Below are positions 11,289-22,728 of a stretch of DNA of 36,512 bases, piece after piece. The first letter of the stretch is position 1. Each line of letters begins with the position of its first letter. The notes beneath the pieces were generated by a model, which was given only the letters and a program-made list of their open reading frames with translations, was not told where the DNA came from and searched no databases. This DNA is from Octopus bimaculoides (lineage: Eukaryota). Location: positions 53,310,067 through 53,346,578 of the forward strand of contig NC_068984.1 of NCBI RefSeq assembly GCF_001194135.2, in the 5' to 3' direction. Position numbers and translations under genes: made by a program.

Positions 11289-11494
11289 CCATTTGGCATT
11301 TAAATCAGTCATATCTAGCAAAAATATTCTGTTTTAAGTTAAAACTTACTAGATCCAACCTCTCACATCTAACCTACAACATCATTCTAAACATATACAA
11401 ATGCATTATTGCAATACTGAACCTACAAGATTAATTCAAAACAACGTAAATAAATAAGCAATAAACTGGACAAAGAAATCTCATTGCTAAAGGG
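11289..11494. mobile_element. piggyBac-like MITE
   Basis: TTAA at 11285-11288 and 11495-11498 flanks imperfect TIRs CCATTTGGCA / TGCTAAAGGG. Confidence 0.7.
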
Positions 11495-12051
11495 TTAAGC
11501 ATCAGTACACTTCATCAATTACCAGTGAATCTGAAGGGAAGATAATTTCAAGAAATTAGGAATAATTCAGGAGTAGGAAGGAAAAGGCAATCTGAAGCTT
11601 GTTTATAGACAAGAAAAGTTTATGGACATGTCCTTTGGCCTCTTTACTGATCTTGTCAGCATAATTCAGTCCTACCATGCCTGTTTTTTTAACATTTTTA
11701 CATGATAGAAAAGGAGTTTCATATATTCTTGGTCTGATGTAATTTGTACAACTAAAACTGAAAGAAAAAGGAGCATTGAGAAAAATATTCAAAGAGGCCA
11801 ATGATATGGATTTGTGCAATTAAGTTAAGTGTACTACTGAAAACTGAGTTTAGTGTCTACTTACAGTTGTTGTTAGGTTTTTGTTTTCTGTCTCTGAATT
11901 GAGGCAATTTCAATAAATTAAGCATTTCATATGCATAGCATTCAGTACTTTCCCTATTTAGCCTAATTACTCAAATGAATGCCATCAAACCTTTTGAGTT
12001 ATTTGTCTTAGCTTCTTTTAGTTTAATTATGCAAATCACTCTCAAGCTTAC

Positions 12052-12150
12052 CCTCAATGTGCAGGTGCTGGTAAATTTACTGATATACCAATTAAAACAT
12101 GTTCTCCTCTGAAACAATTTATGTTCAGCTAGAATTTCTGCAAGTTGATG
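12052..12150 (-). CDS. Candidate 99-nt internal coding exon (HQLAEILAEHKLFQRRTCFNWYISKFTSTCTLR), product unknown
   Basis: Acceptor ttttccctataag, donor AGG|gtaagc, open phase-0 frame. No homology recognised and no partner exon found. Confidence 0.3.
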
Positions 12151-12579
12151 CTTATAGGGAAAACATGGTCAGCAAGGAAGTTTTGGAGAGAATGGATAGG
12201 ACTAGTGTGAAATCTGGGGAGAGAAAAACCAGGAGGATTGATAAGGATTGAGTGTGTTTGAGAAGGAGTTGAGTAGTACACTATTTACTAGTATAAAAAA
12301 ACAGAAGCTAATGAAGAAACAATAGAAAGATAGGAGACAAAGCTGTTAGTGGCTTAGGAGTTGCTATTTTGCATCACATTAGCTTTGAACAGGTAGACCA
12401 ACAATCAAAGGCAATTCCAGTTACGATTATGATGTCTTCTTTTCTGACTGAGTATCTAGAACTACATTATCTATCTAATGTAATTTTTCTTTTTTTAAGA
12501 TGATTGGGCCGAGATATGTTGTACATTGCTGTACTCAAGAAGACCCAGCCACTACAATAGAGTTGAGATCCTAAAACCA

Positions 12580-12742
12580 AGGTGCCATATAAAAAACACT
12601 GGTGTCACATAAAAAGTACAGGTGCTGGTGTCACATGAAAAGCTCTGATGCTGGTGCTATGTAAAAAGCACCTAGTACACTCCTGTCAAGCTGTCCAACT
12701 TACGCCAGCATGGAAAACAGATGTTAAATGATGATGATGAGA
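12580..12742 (+). mobile_element. RTE 3' UTR fragment
   Basis: GGTGCCATATAAAAAACAC sub-repeats and GCCAGCATGGAAAACAGATGTTAAATGATGATG tail. Confidence 0.75.
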
Positions 12743-13064
12743 GGTGGATGTGATTTGAAGCTGATCTAGTTGAGTGAGCAATTGCTTAGAAGAAAGTGCT
12801 CACCCTGCTTTTGTAATATGTTGTTGAGTGAAGACTGTCAATCAAACAAACAGGTTCATTTTGGGATGTGTTGTATATGAAACATATGCATTGTCCTTGT
12901 TATGTGAGTGTACTTTAATAAGAGGCATACTTTTGCCTTCTTGACTAAACTGGTAATCCCACCACAAGCTTGGTGGGGAGGGTAATTTACTCGAGGACAA
13001 AAGATGAAACTCATCAAGGGTGGAGAAACTCAAGAGAGTCAATAGCTATCCAATAATGTGTGAA

Positions 13065-13205
13065 GGCATGTGGCTTAGTGGTTGGAGTGTTGTATTCATG
13101 ATTGTGGGATTGTGGTTTTAATTCTCATTCTGGCTGTGCAGTGTGTTCTTGAGCAAAACACTTCATTGCGCATTGCTCCAGTTCACTCAGCTGTAAATGG
13201 GTAAC
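13065..13205 (+). mobile_element. tRNA-derived SINE, family C, 5' part
   Basis: GGCATGTGGCTTAGTGGTT...TTCTTGAGCAAAACACTT, shared with 20230 and 25466. Confidence 0.8.
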
Positions 13206-13750
13206 CTACAAAGGTGAGATTAGTAACTCAACAAAAATTACTTGAACGGAAGTCTCGCAATCTATGTTTTGTATTCAGTGACTGAAAGGATGAACAGTAC
13301 AACCTGTGGTGTGAACCCCAACTGGTTGGGACTGGTCATTCAGCTACATCAAAGGGTGAAAATTTCTTATCATTGAGAGAACATTTGACTATGTTATAAA
13401 AGTGTGGTTATCATTAAAAGTTATCAGAGATTGCAAGGTCTAGCATTTGTAAACACTGTAAAAGTTTCTGTTAATATTCTTGAGTAGGAGGCGTGTTGTG
13501 TCATAGGTGTATTTGTCATTAGAAGAATTTTTTTTTTTATCTCAGCTATGAGTGAACCTGTTTTTTGTTGTCAGAGATATCCATTTTTTGATTGTATGAA
13601 TAAGAACAGTGGCTATTGTATCTTTTACACATACATATATATTATACATACATACATACATGCACACACACACGTGCACGTATAATGTGTGTATATGTGC
13701 GATATTTGTGTGTGTGTGTGTGTGTGTGCGTGTGTGTGTGTGTATTTCTA

Positions 13751-13794
<44 letters not shown>

Positions 13795-13796
13795 CA

Positions 13797-14105
13797 AGAG
13801 TGGTTGTGTGGTAAGAAGCTTGCTTACCAACTACACGGTTCCAGGTTCAGTTCCACTGCATGGCACCTTGGGTAAGTTTCTTCTACTATAGCCTTGGGCT
13901 GATCAAAGCCTTGTGAGTGGATTTGGTAGACAGAAACTGTTGGTGTGTTTACATCCCCGTAACTTAGCAGATTGGCAAAAGAGACCGATAGAATAAGTAA
14001 TAGGCTTGCAAAGCATAAGTCCTGGAGGTGATTTGTTTGACTAAAGGCAGTGCTCCAGCATGGCCACAGTCAAATGACTGAAACAAGTAAAAGAATAAAA
14101 GAATA
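13797..14105 (+). mobile_element. tRNA-derived SINE, family A
   Basis: Homologous to 3381-3800. Confidence 0.9.
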
Positions 14106-14318
14106 CACACACACACACACATATATAGGTAGACAGCTAGAGTTTTATAAAACACAGTCTAAAAATCCAAGGAGATGAATCATTGAGAGGTAAACAGGAC
14201 TGGCTGAATTCATGAGCTGGAAGTACAATACCTATGTTGTGTGTTGCAGGCTTTTGATGACAGGTTTTACTAATGACATGAAATTGCACATATACTGACA
14301 AGACAAAAAAGAAATTTA

Positions 14319-15565
14319 TGAGGCTTGACTGAAATGTTCATAGACTGACAAAGATACTCTCATGCAATGAGACCAAATGAAGTTTAGTTTTCAACACAGT
14401 CCTCCTTATGGTTCACACACTTCTTCCATTGGTGTTGCAGTGCTTTGATCCAATTGATGAAGATGCTTAAATCATGTTAGTAAAAAAAGCCATCATCATC
14501 GCTGTGATATTGGTTCCCAGCCAAGTGTTTTTTTTTCAATGTGGAGAAAAGATGATAGGGCTAAATAAGGAGAATAAAGTGCGTGATCAACCAATTCAAA
14601 GCCTCAATCATGCACAGTGAGCATTGAAACCAAGGATTTGTGTGCTGGAGCATTGTCCTGATGAAATAAGACCTCTTTTGTCAATTTTCTTGGGTGTTTG
14701 GTCTTGATAGCCTTTTGTAACTGCCTTGGCAAATTGGCATAGTATTCTCCGTTGATGGTGTGGCTCTTTTGAACATAGTCAATTAACACAATGCTTTTTG
14801 CATCTCAAAAAATTGAGGCCATCACTTTCCTTGCAGATGAAACGATCTTGCACTTCTTTGGAGCAGGTGGGGAGGAGTGTTTCAACTGCATGGATTGTCT
14901 CTTTGTTTCTGGCTCAAATTGATGAAGCCAACACTCATCCTGCATTAGGAAACGTTCAAAGAAACATTGTTCATTGCTTGAAACAATGTTAAATTTTCCC
15001 ATGATATGATCAGCCTGATGCACTTTTGATCAGGTGTCAGAAGACATGGCACCAACTGAACAGAAACCTTTGCCATGCCAAGCTCATTGTGCAGAATATT
15101 CTCTACTCTCTTATAGGATAGGTTAATAGCATTGACCATTTCATTTATAGTCAATTACCTGTCATCTATCACAATGTGGTGAATACAGTCAATGTTTTTC
15201 TCAGTGGCAGCAGCTGCAGGGCATCCAGACCTTGGGTCATCGCCAAGGCATTCCCTTCTCCTTCTAAATTCAGCTGTCCACTCTTGCACTGTTAATAAAG
15301 CTAGTGTGTCATATCCTAATGTAGTAACTATGTCTGCATGAATGTCCTTGGGGGCTAAACCCTTTTCCTGCCAAATTTTATCCATTTTCAACATAAGTCA
15401 CAACTAGTTACTTTTGAAGTCTTCTTTGAACAGTCAGCTCTCAGTTTATATGGAAAGAAACAATGTAGTTTTTAATAAGAAGTGTTGAAATTAATGCATC
15501 TAAGATTTCAGAGCTGTACCATCACTCCTTCATAGTTAGCCTATGGACTTTTCAACCAGCCTTTG
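14319..15565 (-). mobile_element. Degenerate full-length mariner transposon (about 1.25 kb)
   Basis: Imperfect TIRs (GAGGCTTGACTGAAATGTTCATAGACTGAC / GTTAGCCTATGGACTTTTCAACCAGCCTT), TA at the left end. Transposase fragments DDPRSGCP, QDECWL..EPETKRQSM, KVMASIF, HQDNAPAH. Confidence 0.92.
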
Positions 15566-15756
15566 CATCTCCTGTTTAATCCAGGAGTCCAAACCTGGAC
15601 TGAAAAAAACATGTTCTCAGACACAATCATCCCACAGGTGAATGCAATCATTCCTGTAGAGATGCTGAGTTTTGTCTGTTATATTTGATTTAGATCTTGT
15701 AAATCATTGGTCATGGAATCACATTTCAGATTATCAGGCATGTTTGAAAAACTGCC

Positions 15757-16144
15757 TTATTACCTCCGCCAAGGAAGGAGGTTATGTTTTCATCAGCATT
15801 GGTTTGCCAGTCTGTCCGTCTGTGTGCAAAATAACTCAAAAAGTTGCGAACGATATTTGATGAACCTTGCAGGAAAAGTTGGTAATGACACAAGGAACAG
15901 ATGATGAAATTTTTGGAGTGATCCGGAAATTTTTATGGATTTTTGAAGGATTTTTCATTTGTTATATTTACTTTACATGAAGCATTACAATGTTACGTTC
16001 TTTGATTATCTCCCTTGAAAGCACGTTCATCATTTCCATGTAACCTATGGTGGCGTTGCTGTTTCCAAAGTTTATTTTTGTTTCTCTATTAGTAATTTTA
16101 CTTGCATATCTATCTAAAAATGAGCTGCTTGGTGGAGGTCTGCA
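15757..16144 (+). mobile_element. Helentron-associated non-autonomous element (DINE-1/HINE-like), 3' hairpin lost
   Basis: TTATTA-CCTCCGCCAAG sub-TIR with local inverted repeat AAGGAGG, GTCY microsatellite, 3' sub-TIR CTTGGTGGAGG. Confidence 0.7.
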
Positions 16145-16147
16145 GAG

Positions 16148-16560
16148 GATGACATGACAAGCCTTGACTATTGGGATCGACTCAAAAAGCTCAGGCTTTG
16201 CTCCCTCCACCACCGCTGTGAGCTCTATATCATCTGTATGATGTGGAAAATATTCCATAAACATTGCCCATCTTTAAAATTCATCCGAGGCTTGACCCCT
16301 ATGCCATCTGTCCACTACAGAAATGTTTGTGTTGTATCACAACACTATGACAGAACTATTTTGCTTCAATTGGCCCTGCTCTCTTCAACATAGCGCCAGA
16401 CACACATAAAGGAGGAAAGTGACTCCATGACATTCTTAATCAAAGCATGACAATGTGGTTAGAGGCTGATATCTTAACATTTCTGATGGCCTTAAGTATA
16501 AAAAAAATTATTAAAGATTTATATAGAACTACATTCAGAGTATGTCGATATGCTATTGTG
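16148..16560 (+). mobile_element. CR1/Jockey-like LINE 3' fragment
   Basis: LDYWDRLKKLRLCSLHHRCELYIICMMWKI resembles the RT C-terminal motif Y.ERLK.L.L.SL..RR.R. The 3' boundary is approximate. Confidence 0.65.
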
Positions 16561-16689
16561 TTTAGATCTGGTTTCTATCCTCAAACTGTTCTGTTTTGTA
16601 GATGCAATTTTTTTTTTTAATAAAGCACTCTGAAAAATCAAGAATCTGCAACAATCCCAGTCCCATGAGTATTGGATAATGGATTTTCA

Positions 16690-16935
16690 ACTGTGTAAAG
16701 AAACTGATTGTGGTGATCATAGTTCTGACGGTGATTGTGGTGAAAGCAGATACAGTGTTGATGATGACAATGGTCGAGATAAGTATGGGCGGAGGATAAA
16801 ATAGTATCGGTGAATAGCAACAGGAGTGGTGTGATGTGTGATGCTGAGGTGATGGTGGTAATAGTGGTGTTGATGACAGTGTTAGTTGTGTGATGGTGGT
16901 ATTGTAGTGATTATACTGGTTGTGGTAGTGAAAGT
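16690..16935. repeat. Degenerate (GTG)/(GAT) low-complexity tract
   Basis: Read directly from the sequence. Confidence 0.8.
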
Positions 16936-16950
16936 GACTGCGTTATTTTT

Positions 16951-17086
16951 TTTACCCCCGCCAAGGAGGTTATGTTTTTGCCAGCGTTGGTTTAGGAAAT
17001 TGGACAATTTTCAGCATGCATGTATATGGGTGGAAATGAAATGACCTGCTTGGTGGAGGTCTGCACTCTCCAAGTGCTTTTCTAGT
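16951..17086 (+). mobile_element. Short Helentron-associated element (same family as 15757), both sub-TIRs and 3' stem-loop present
   Basis: CCCCCGCCAAGGAGG ... CTTGGTGGAGG-TCT-GCACT(CTCCA)AGTGC-TTTTCTAGTT; T-rich flanks. Confidence 0.7.
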
Positions 17087-18364
17087 TGTTTAGCATGTTT
17101 TTATTCGCTTGTTTTTAGTAGAGTGTATTTTTATGCAAACCTTATGTCTTTTTTAAGCTTTAGTCTGTTTTCACTCTCTTCATTTTTTCTGTTTTCTTAT
17201 TCTAAAAAAAAGTTTAAACATTCCTACATAGATTTTTTAAAGGTTTTGTGTTAATGTTTTAAAACCTGCATGAGGCCAGAAAGATCTAAACTGATTAGTT
17301 TGTTTAAAGAGAAAGGATGGTTTTAGTTCTCTATTATTTTCCCTTTCCTCTTCTCAAGAGAAAAAGAGAGAGAGAGAGAGAGAGAGTGAATATATACATG
17401 CATACGCATGCACACACACACACAGTTATATATATGTACACACACACACACACACACACACGTGTATGAGTGTTATACCAACCTTGTATGTGCACATGTA
17501 AAAACCATGTATGCACACACACACACACACACCTATGTGTGTGTGTGTGTACCTTTGTGAGATTTTATATGTATATTTTACACAATGTTTGTTGTATGTT
17601 TGTATAATGTATCTTTTGTCTATGTGCCTGGGTATCTATATGCCTGTGTATTGTACGAATGTGTGAGAGTGTGCATGTGTGCTCTTTCATCGTATAATAC
17701 TCTCATCAGCTTTTTTCCGCAGTCCCTAACAGTCTGTCTTGTTTCTCCCAACAGGTGCTTACTTTAGTGACATCAGTTATAGCTTATAAAATGTGTTGTC
17801 AAGTTCTCTTGTGACAAAGATTTTGTTGTCAGCCACTTTGCTTTTTTATTTTATTTGTTGATTAAAAAAAGGAATACATAGCTAGTTTCTTATCTTCAGA
17901 CACATTCTTGTATGATTTCTGGTCTAAATTTTAAACTATTTTTCAACACCTGGAATCTTTGCTACTTTCTTCATTTTATTCTGTTTTTTATTCTAGTTAA
18001 ACATTAAATATTACAGCGTAGATATTTGTAATGTCTGATTGAATCTCAGCTAATTTTTTGCTATGTCCTGTTGACATTGATAATTAAACAAATTCCAGGC
18101 AAGAACAGCCTGTATTTTATTTAGAAGTACAATGTATCAGGACTACATTGTTTGAAGTTGGCTAGGTGTAACTTGAGGGTGATTTAGCTGTTATTTCTTG
18201 TAAGCCAAGTGATTAAGTACAAGTTATCTTGTTGGCTCATTTTTATTCACAGTTACTAATGTGTAATTATTAGAGTACCAAACTAAATGATTTGAATTAT
18301 TTCATTTTATACTCCTAGGGTTTGAATTCAAATCCTGCCTGTGGCTGACTTTTTCCATCCCCTT

Positions 18365-18726
18365 ATCTTTTATCTTTTATTGGTTTCAGTCATTAGACAG
18401 TGACCATACTGGGGGACCACCTTGAAGAACTTTAGTGGAATGAAATAACTCCAGTACTTATTTTTTTTTTAAGACTTATTCTATTGGTTTCTTTTAGCTG
18501 AACTGCTAGGTTATGGGGATGTAGGAAAACCAACACTGGTTGTCAAGCAGTAGTGGAGATCAAACACACACGTGCATGCAACAGGTTTCTTTTAGCTTCC
18601 ATCTACCAAATCCACTCACAAGGTTTTGGTCAGCTCAAGGCAATAGTAAAAGGTGCCACACAGTGGAACTGAACTCCAAACCATGTGATTGGAAAGCAAA
18701 CTTTTTACTACACAGCCACACCTGTA
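18365..18726 (-). mobile_element. tRNA-derived SINE, family A
   Basis: Reverse-complement homology to 3381-3800. Confidence 0.85.
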
Positions 18727-19287
18727 CTTATGGGTCAAAAAAAAAAAAAGAGGAAAAAACAGAAGTGTTAATTTTGTATTTGGAGTTGCCAAAACAATCA
18801 TTGCTTCTCTTCTTTCTGTTCTCTGTTAAAAATGGTATCTGACTGTGAAACATAACATCCAGATTTTCATTATTATCAAGATCAGATCATTATTGGTTGC
18901 ATCACCTAAGGTACATGGGGGACAAAAAAACGCAAATTACAACCATCCTTTCTAAGCATATGGATTTATAGTGGTCTTCACACATGGAGTAACATATGAA
19001 TATGTTATCAGACATATTTGTGATAGTGTACTGTATTTTATTTATTAAGCATGATATATACTATTGTAACAACAGTATGCTAGCAAGAGTGCAAAGCAAC
19101 CTAGATTCTAAACCTGCACGTTGATAAAATAGGTGTCAATTGAGGTTGATTCTATTAACTATACGTGTTGAAAAATTTGTAGCCATGTGCAAATATAAGA
19201 AATCATTGTTGTATTATAATTGGTACATAAAAACATTCACATCCACATACATAAATAGACATATCATCTATCAGCCAGTCAGTCAGC

Positions 19288-19319
<32 letters not shown>

Positions 19320-19364
19320 TTGTCTATCTGTTTGTTTATTGTGTCGTCGTCGTCATCATCATCA

Positions 19365-19560
19365 TCATCATTATCATCATCATCATTTACTGTCTGTCTT
19401 CCATGCTGGCATGAGTTACACAGTTTGGACAGGATCCAATAAAACAAAAGACTGCATCAAGCTCCAATTTCTGTTTTGGCATGGATTTTACAGCTGGATG
19501 CCTTTCCTAATACCAACTACTTGCGTTTTTGTTTTTCATGACACTGGCACTAGTGAGATC
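19365..19560 (-). mobile_element. RTE 3' UTR fragment with (CAT)n
   Basis: TTCCATGCTGGCATG...TACAGCTGGATGCC, shared with 4620-4750. Confidence 0.75.
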
Positions 19561-19569
19561 ACCAAGTAA

Positions 19570-20225
19570 CTCACAAAAGAAGGAAAAAGGTCCCTCGACT
19601 AAGTGGGGTTGTAGTTGAGACGAAAATAGCTTTATGCTGGGTGTTGAGAGGTTAAAGAATAATCAACAGTCATAAAGAGGGGGTACATGGCTATCCTACA
19701 TTATATAAGGGCAGGTGGGAGTAGCTTGTGAGAAGACAATGATGGTGGCAATGAAGTGTCAGAGTGTGCTCTCAAGATACAAGAAGTTGAATATAAGAGA
19801 GAATACAAAAAATTGGGAATGGTAGATGGAAAAGTTCATTAAAGTGTGAGAGGTGAGTGACAGATGGTTAGAAATGGATGTAGAGATGAATGTAATGAAT
19901 GGAACAAAGGGGTGGTGGTTAGGTTAGTGGTAAACATCTATATGGTAAGGGGAAGGTGAAAGAATAGGCTTAGGAAAGAAGGGATGATAAGAGGCAGTAC
20001 AGGAAGGGAGGGGAGCAGCAGTTTGATAAACCTGTAGATAGATTAGATAATATGGAGTGGATGCATGAGGGGGGGGGGTGCAGAGGAAGACTGAGAGATA
20101 TACAGTGACAGAGATGGATGTTAGAGGTATATTGGATGGTTGTGGTGAATGGGGGAAGGCCATCAGCAGCAGATGACAGGGTGATGAGAATAATAGCAGA
20201 CAGAAGAAGGTGTAAGAGATATTGT
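19570..20225 (-). mobile_element. Highly decayed Jockey/CR1-like LINE 3' end
   Basis: Minus-strand translation (PPP..., SYHPFFPKPIL) weakly resembles the ...Y..SFFPRT..LWNSLP C-terminal motif. Confidence 0.4.
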
Positions 20226-20229
20226 AATG

Positions 20230-20548
20230 GCAGTGGTTAGAGCATCTGGCTCATAATCATGAGATAGTGAATCCGGTTCCTTGACTGAGCTCTGTGTTGT
20301 ATTCTTGAGCAAGACACTTTATTTCGCATTGCTCCAGTTCACTCAGCTGAAGAAATGAGTAGTGACATCACTGATGCCAAGCTGTATCATTTGCCTTTCC
20401 CTTGGATAACATTGGTGGTGTGGAGAGGGGAGGCTGGTATACATGGGCAACTGCTGGTCTTCCATAGACAACCTTGCCTGGCCTTATGTCTTGGAGGGTA
20501 ACTTTCTAGATGCAATCCCATGGTCATTCATGACCAAAGGGGGGTTTG
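20230..20548 (+). mobile_element. tRNA-derived SINE, family C
   Basis: GGCAGTGGTTAGAGC head, TTCTTGAGCAAGACACTT core, CATGACCAAAGGGGG tail. Confidence 0.85.
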
Positions 20549-20699
20549 GTAATAGCAGTCCTAAGATATGTCTCAGGGTGGCACAGGAATTTCTGAAATG
20601 AGATGAATCTCTGAAATGGGATGAAAGCACTAGATAAGTAATTTATCCGAAATTCTGATGACTTCCTCTTTCCTAATATGAAACCGTTAATCTAGACAT

Positions 20700-20865
20700 G
20701 TTTTTCTGCTTTCTCAGCTTTCTTTCCTCATTTGCCTCTGTTGAAGAGCATAGGCTCAAAGCGTCAAAGACTTTTCCATTTTTCCTGAGTGTCAAACTAA
20801 TACATTTTGTATGATGTTTCCTCACCTTTCTCAGACTTCTGTTTTTTACACATTTGAACTCACTC
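20700..20865 (+). repeat. Dispersed repeat (second copy about 25770-25900) with hammerhead-like remnant
   Basis: CTTTCCTCATTT...GAAGAGCATAGGCTCAAAGCGTCAAAGACTTTTCCATTTTTCCTGAG aligns with 25785-25860. Confidence 0.6.
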
Positions 20866-20870
20866 ACTCT

Positions 20871-20905
20871 ATCTATCTGTCTGTCTGTCTGCCTGCCTGC
20901 CTGCC

Positions 20906-20946
<41 letters not shown>

Positions 20947-21010
20947 GCCTGTCTGTCTGCTTGTCTGTCTGCTTGTCTGTCTGTCTGCCTGTCTGCCTGT
21001 CTGCCTGTCT
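20871..21010. repeat. (CTGT)n/(CTGC)n microsatellite
   Basis: Read directly from the sequence. Confidence 0.95.
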
Positions 21011-22166
21011 TTCTGAATGGATTGTTGACAGATCAGCTCCACAAAAGTTGGCTTTATTTGTATAGAAAGAACTGTTTGCTTTCTGAGAGGAACTGTTTGT
21101 AGACGGGAAGTGTTCTGATGGTTGGGTGATCCATTTGCTGTCAACACCCGCTAAATGGAGGGCTGGGCATGCAGTGGTTGATGATGCACAGACATGCACT
21201 GAGACTGTGACATCTCTGGCGCTTCATAGATGATAGTGAATAGGTGTGACCGCCGTTTGTGAGGCGTGCTTTCCTGCAGCTCATCTCTTTAGCTGAACTG
21301 CAGTCGTGGATCAAACAGAGACTGAGGCTAAGTGAATGGCACTGCAAGTGCCGCTTTGCTCTCAAGTAACTCTGCCATCTGAGACCAAAATTGTGCGACT
21401 TCAATTCCATGAAGGTGTTCTATAGAGGATTAGTGGAGGTGAGGTGTGACAATGTTCTTGGGGAGAATCTGGGTGTCGATGAGGAACACCTGACCCGCCT
21501 GTTCAGGACAACTTTTGGGCCAGAACCTATGGACAATCACCAGAGATCCCTGGCCTGGCAGTGCTATCAGGAAGCATTGCACATTCAGGATAAGCTCTAC
21601 AGGCACGGTTCAAGATACACTGGACTGACTTGCCCAAGATGCGGTCAGAGTGACAAAACCGTTCTGCATGCACTTGTGCACTATCCAACCATTTTAGACC
21701 TGTGAGCTTATGCCGAATGGCTGCTGTCATGTGTGGGATGAATCTGGTTGTCAGCGGAGTCTATCGTAAAAATTGCCCCACCACTTTACCTTAACTGGGA
21801 AGGCAAGGCAGTTTTCATCGTACTGGTGGCCATGGTGAAAGAATGTGTGTGGTGGACTCGAGCGAGAGGTTTAGAGACAAACACTTTCCTCCCTGGCCAA
21901 TCACTCATCAACTTTTTCAAGTACCACTTGAAAAGGAAGGTGAGAATAGAGAGGCAAGTTTTATCTCATAAAAGATTCAATAAAAGGTGGGTCAATGTAC
22001 ACGCGAATGATGAAACCACTTCAAGCATGATCCTGTAAATCCAAAAAAGAGAGGGGGGTGCTTTGCTCTCATGTGTTTTTCCCTCCCTGCCTGAGGTTAC
22101 TGTGGTCTTTTTCGTAGGCTTTTCTTTCCACGGAAAAACCTAATCTGTTTTTTACATTTTTACTCT
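21011..22166 (+). mobile_element. Tx1/L1-like LINE 3' fragment (zf-RVT region and C-terminus)
   Basis: RSLAWQCYQEALHIQDKLYRHG...CPRCGQSDKTVLHAL (CCHC knuckle) and VWWTRARG...FFKYHLKRKVRIER..F.KRW. Runs into a gap. Confidence 0.8.
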
Positions 22167-22728
22167 NNNNNNNNNNNNNNNNNNNNNNNNNNNNNNNNNN
22201 NNNNNNNNNNNNNNNNNNNNNNNNNNNNNNNNNNNNNNNNNNNNNNNNNNNNNNNNNNNNNNNNNNNNNNNNNNNNNNNNNNNNNNNNNNNNNNNNNNNN
22301 NNNNNNNNNNNNNNNNNNNNNNNNNNNNNNNNNNNNNNNNNNNNNNNNNNNNNNNNNNNNNNNNNNNNNNNNNNNNNNNNNNNNNNNNNNNNNNNNNNNN
22401 NNNNNNNNNNNNNNNNNNNNNNNNNNNNNTATATATATTATTAAAAAAATATGGCAAAAAATCATATATTAATTAATATCGATTAATTACCAGGAAGCTA
22501 ACACATTTAAAGAATCAAAGAGATTCAGAAACAGTATCTGCAATCTCAGGGGATTAAAGTACATTTTTATATATGACGTTGACCACTAACGTGGACATTC
22601 AATGTGCTAGAAATAGATCACGTCTTGTGTCTAATAAGACCTAAATTGTTCTCAACATGAAATATAGCGTGATACCAAAACGTAAGCGGGCAAGACATTT
22701 AAAAAAACCGAAAAGGAACATTATTAAA

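Noticed and set aside
20656-20695. CTGATGA...GAAACCGTT hammerhead-like spacing
   Set aside because: The intervening sequence cannot form helix II, and helix I is weak.
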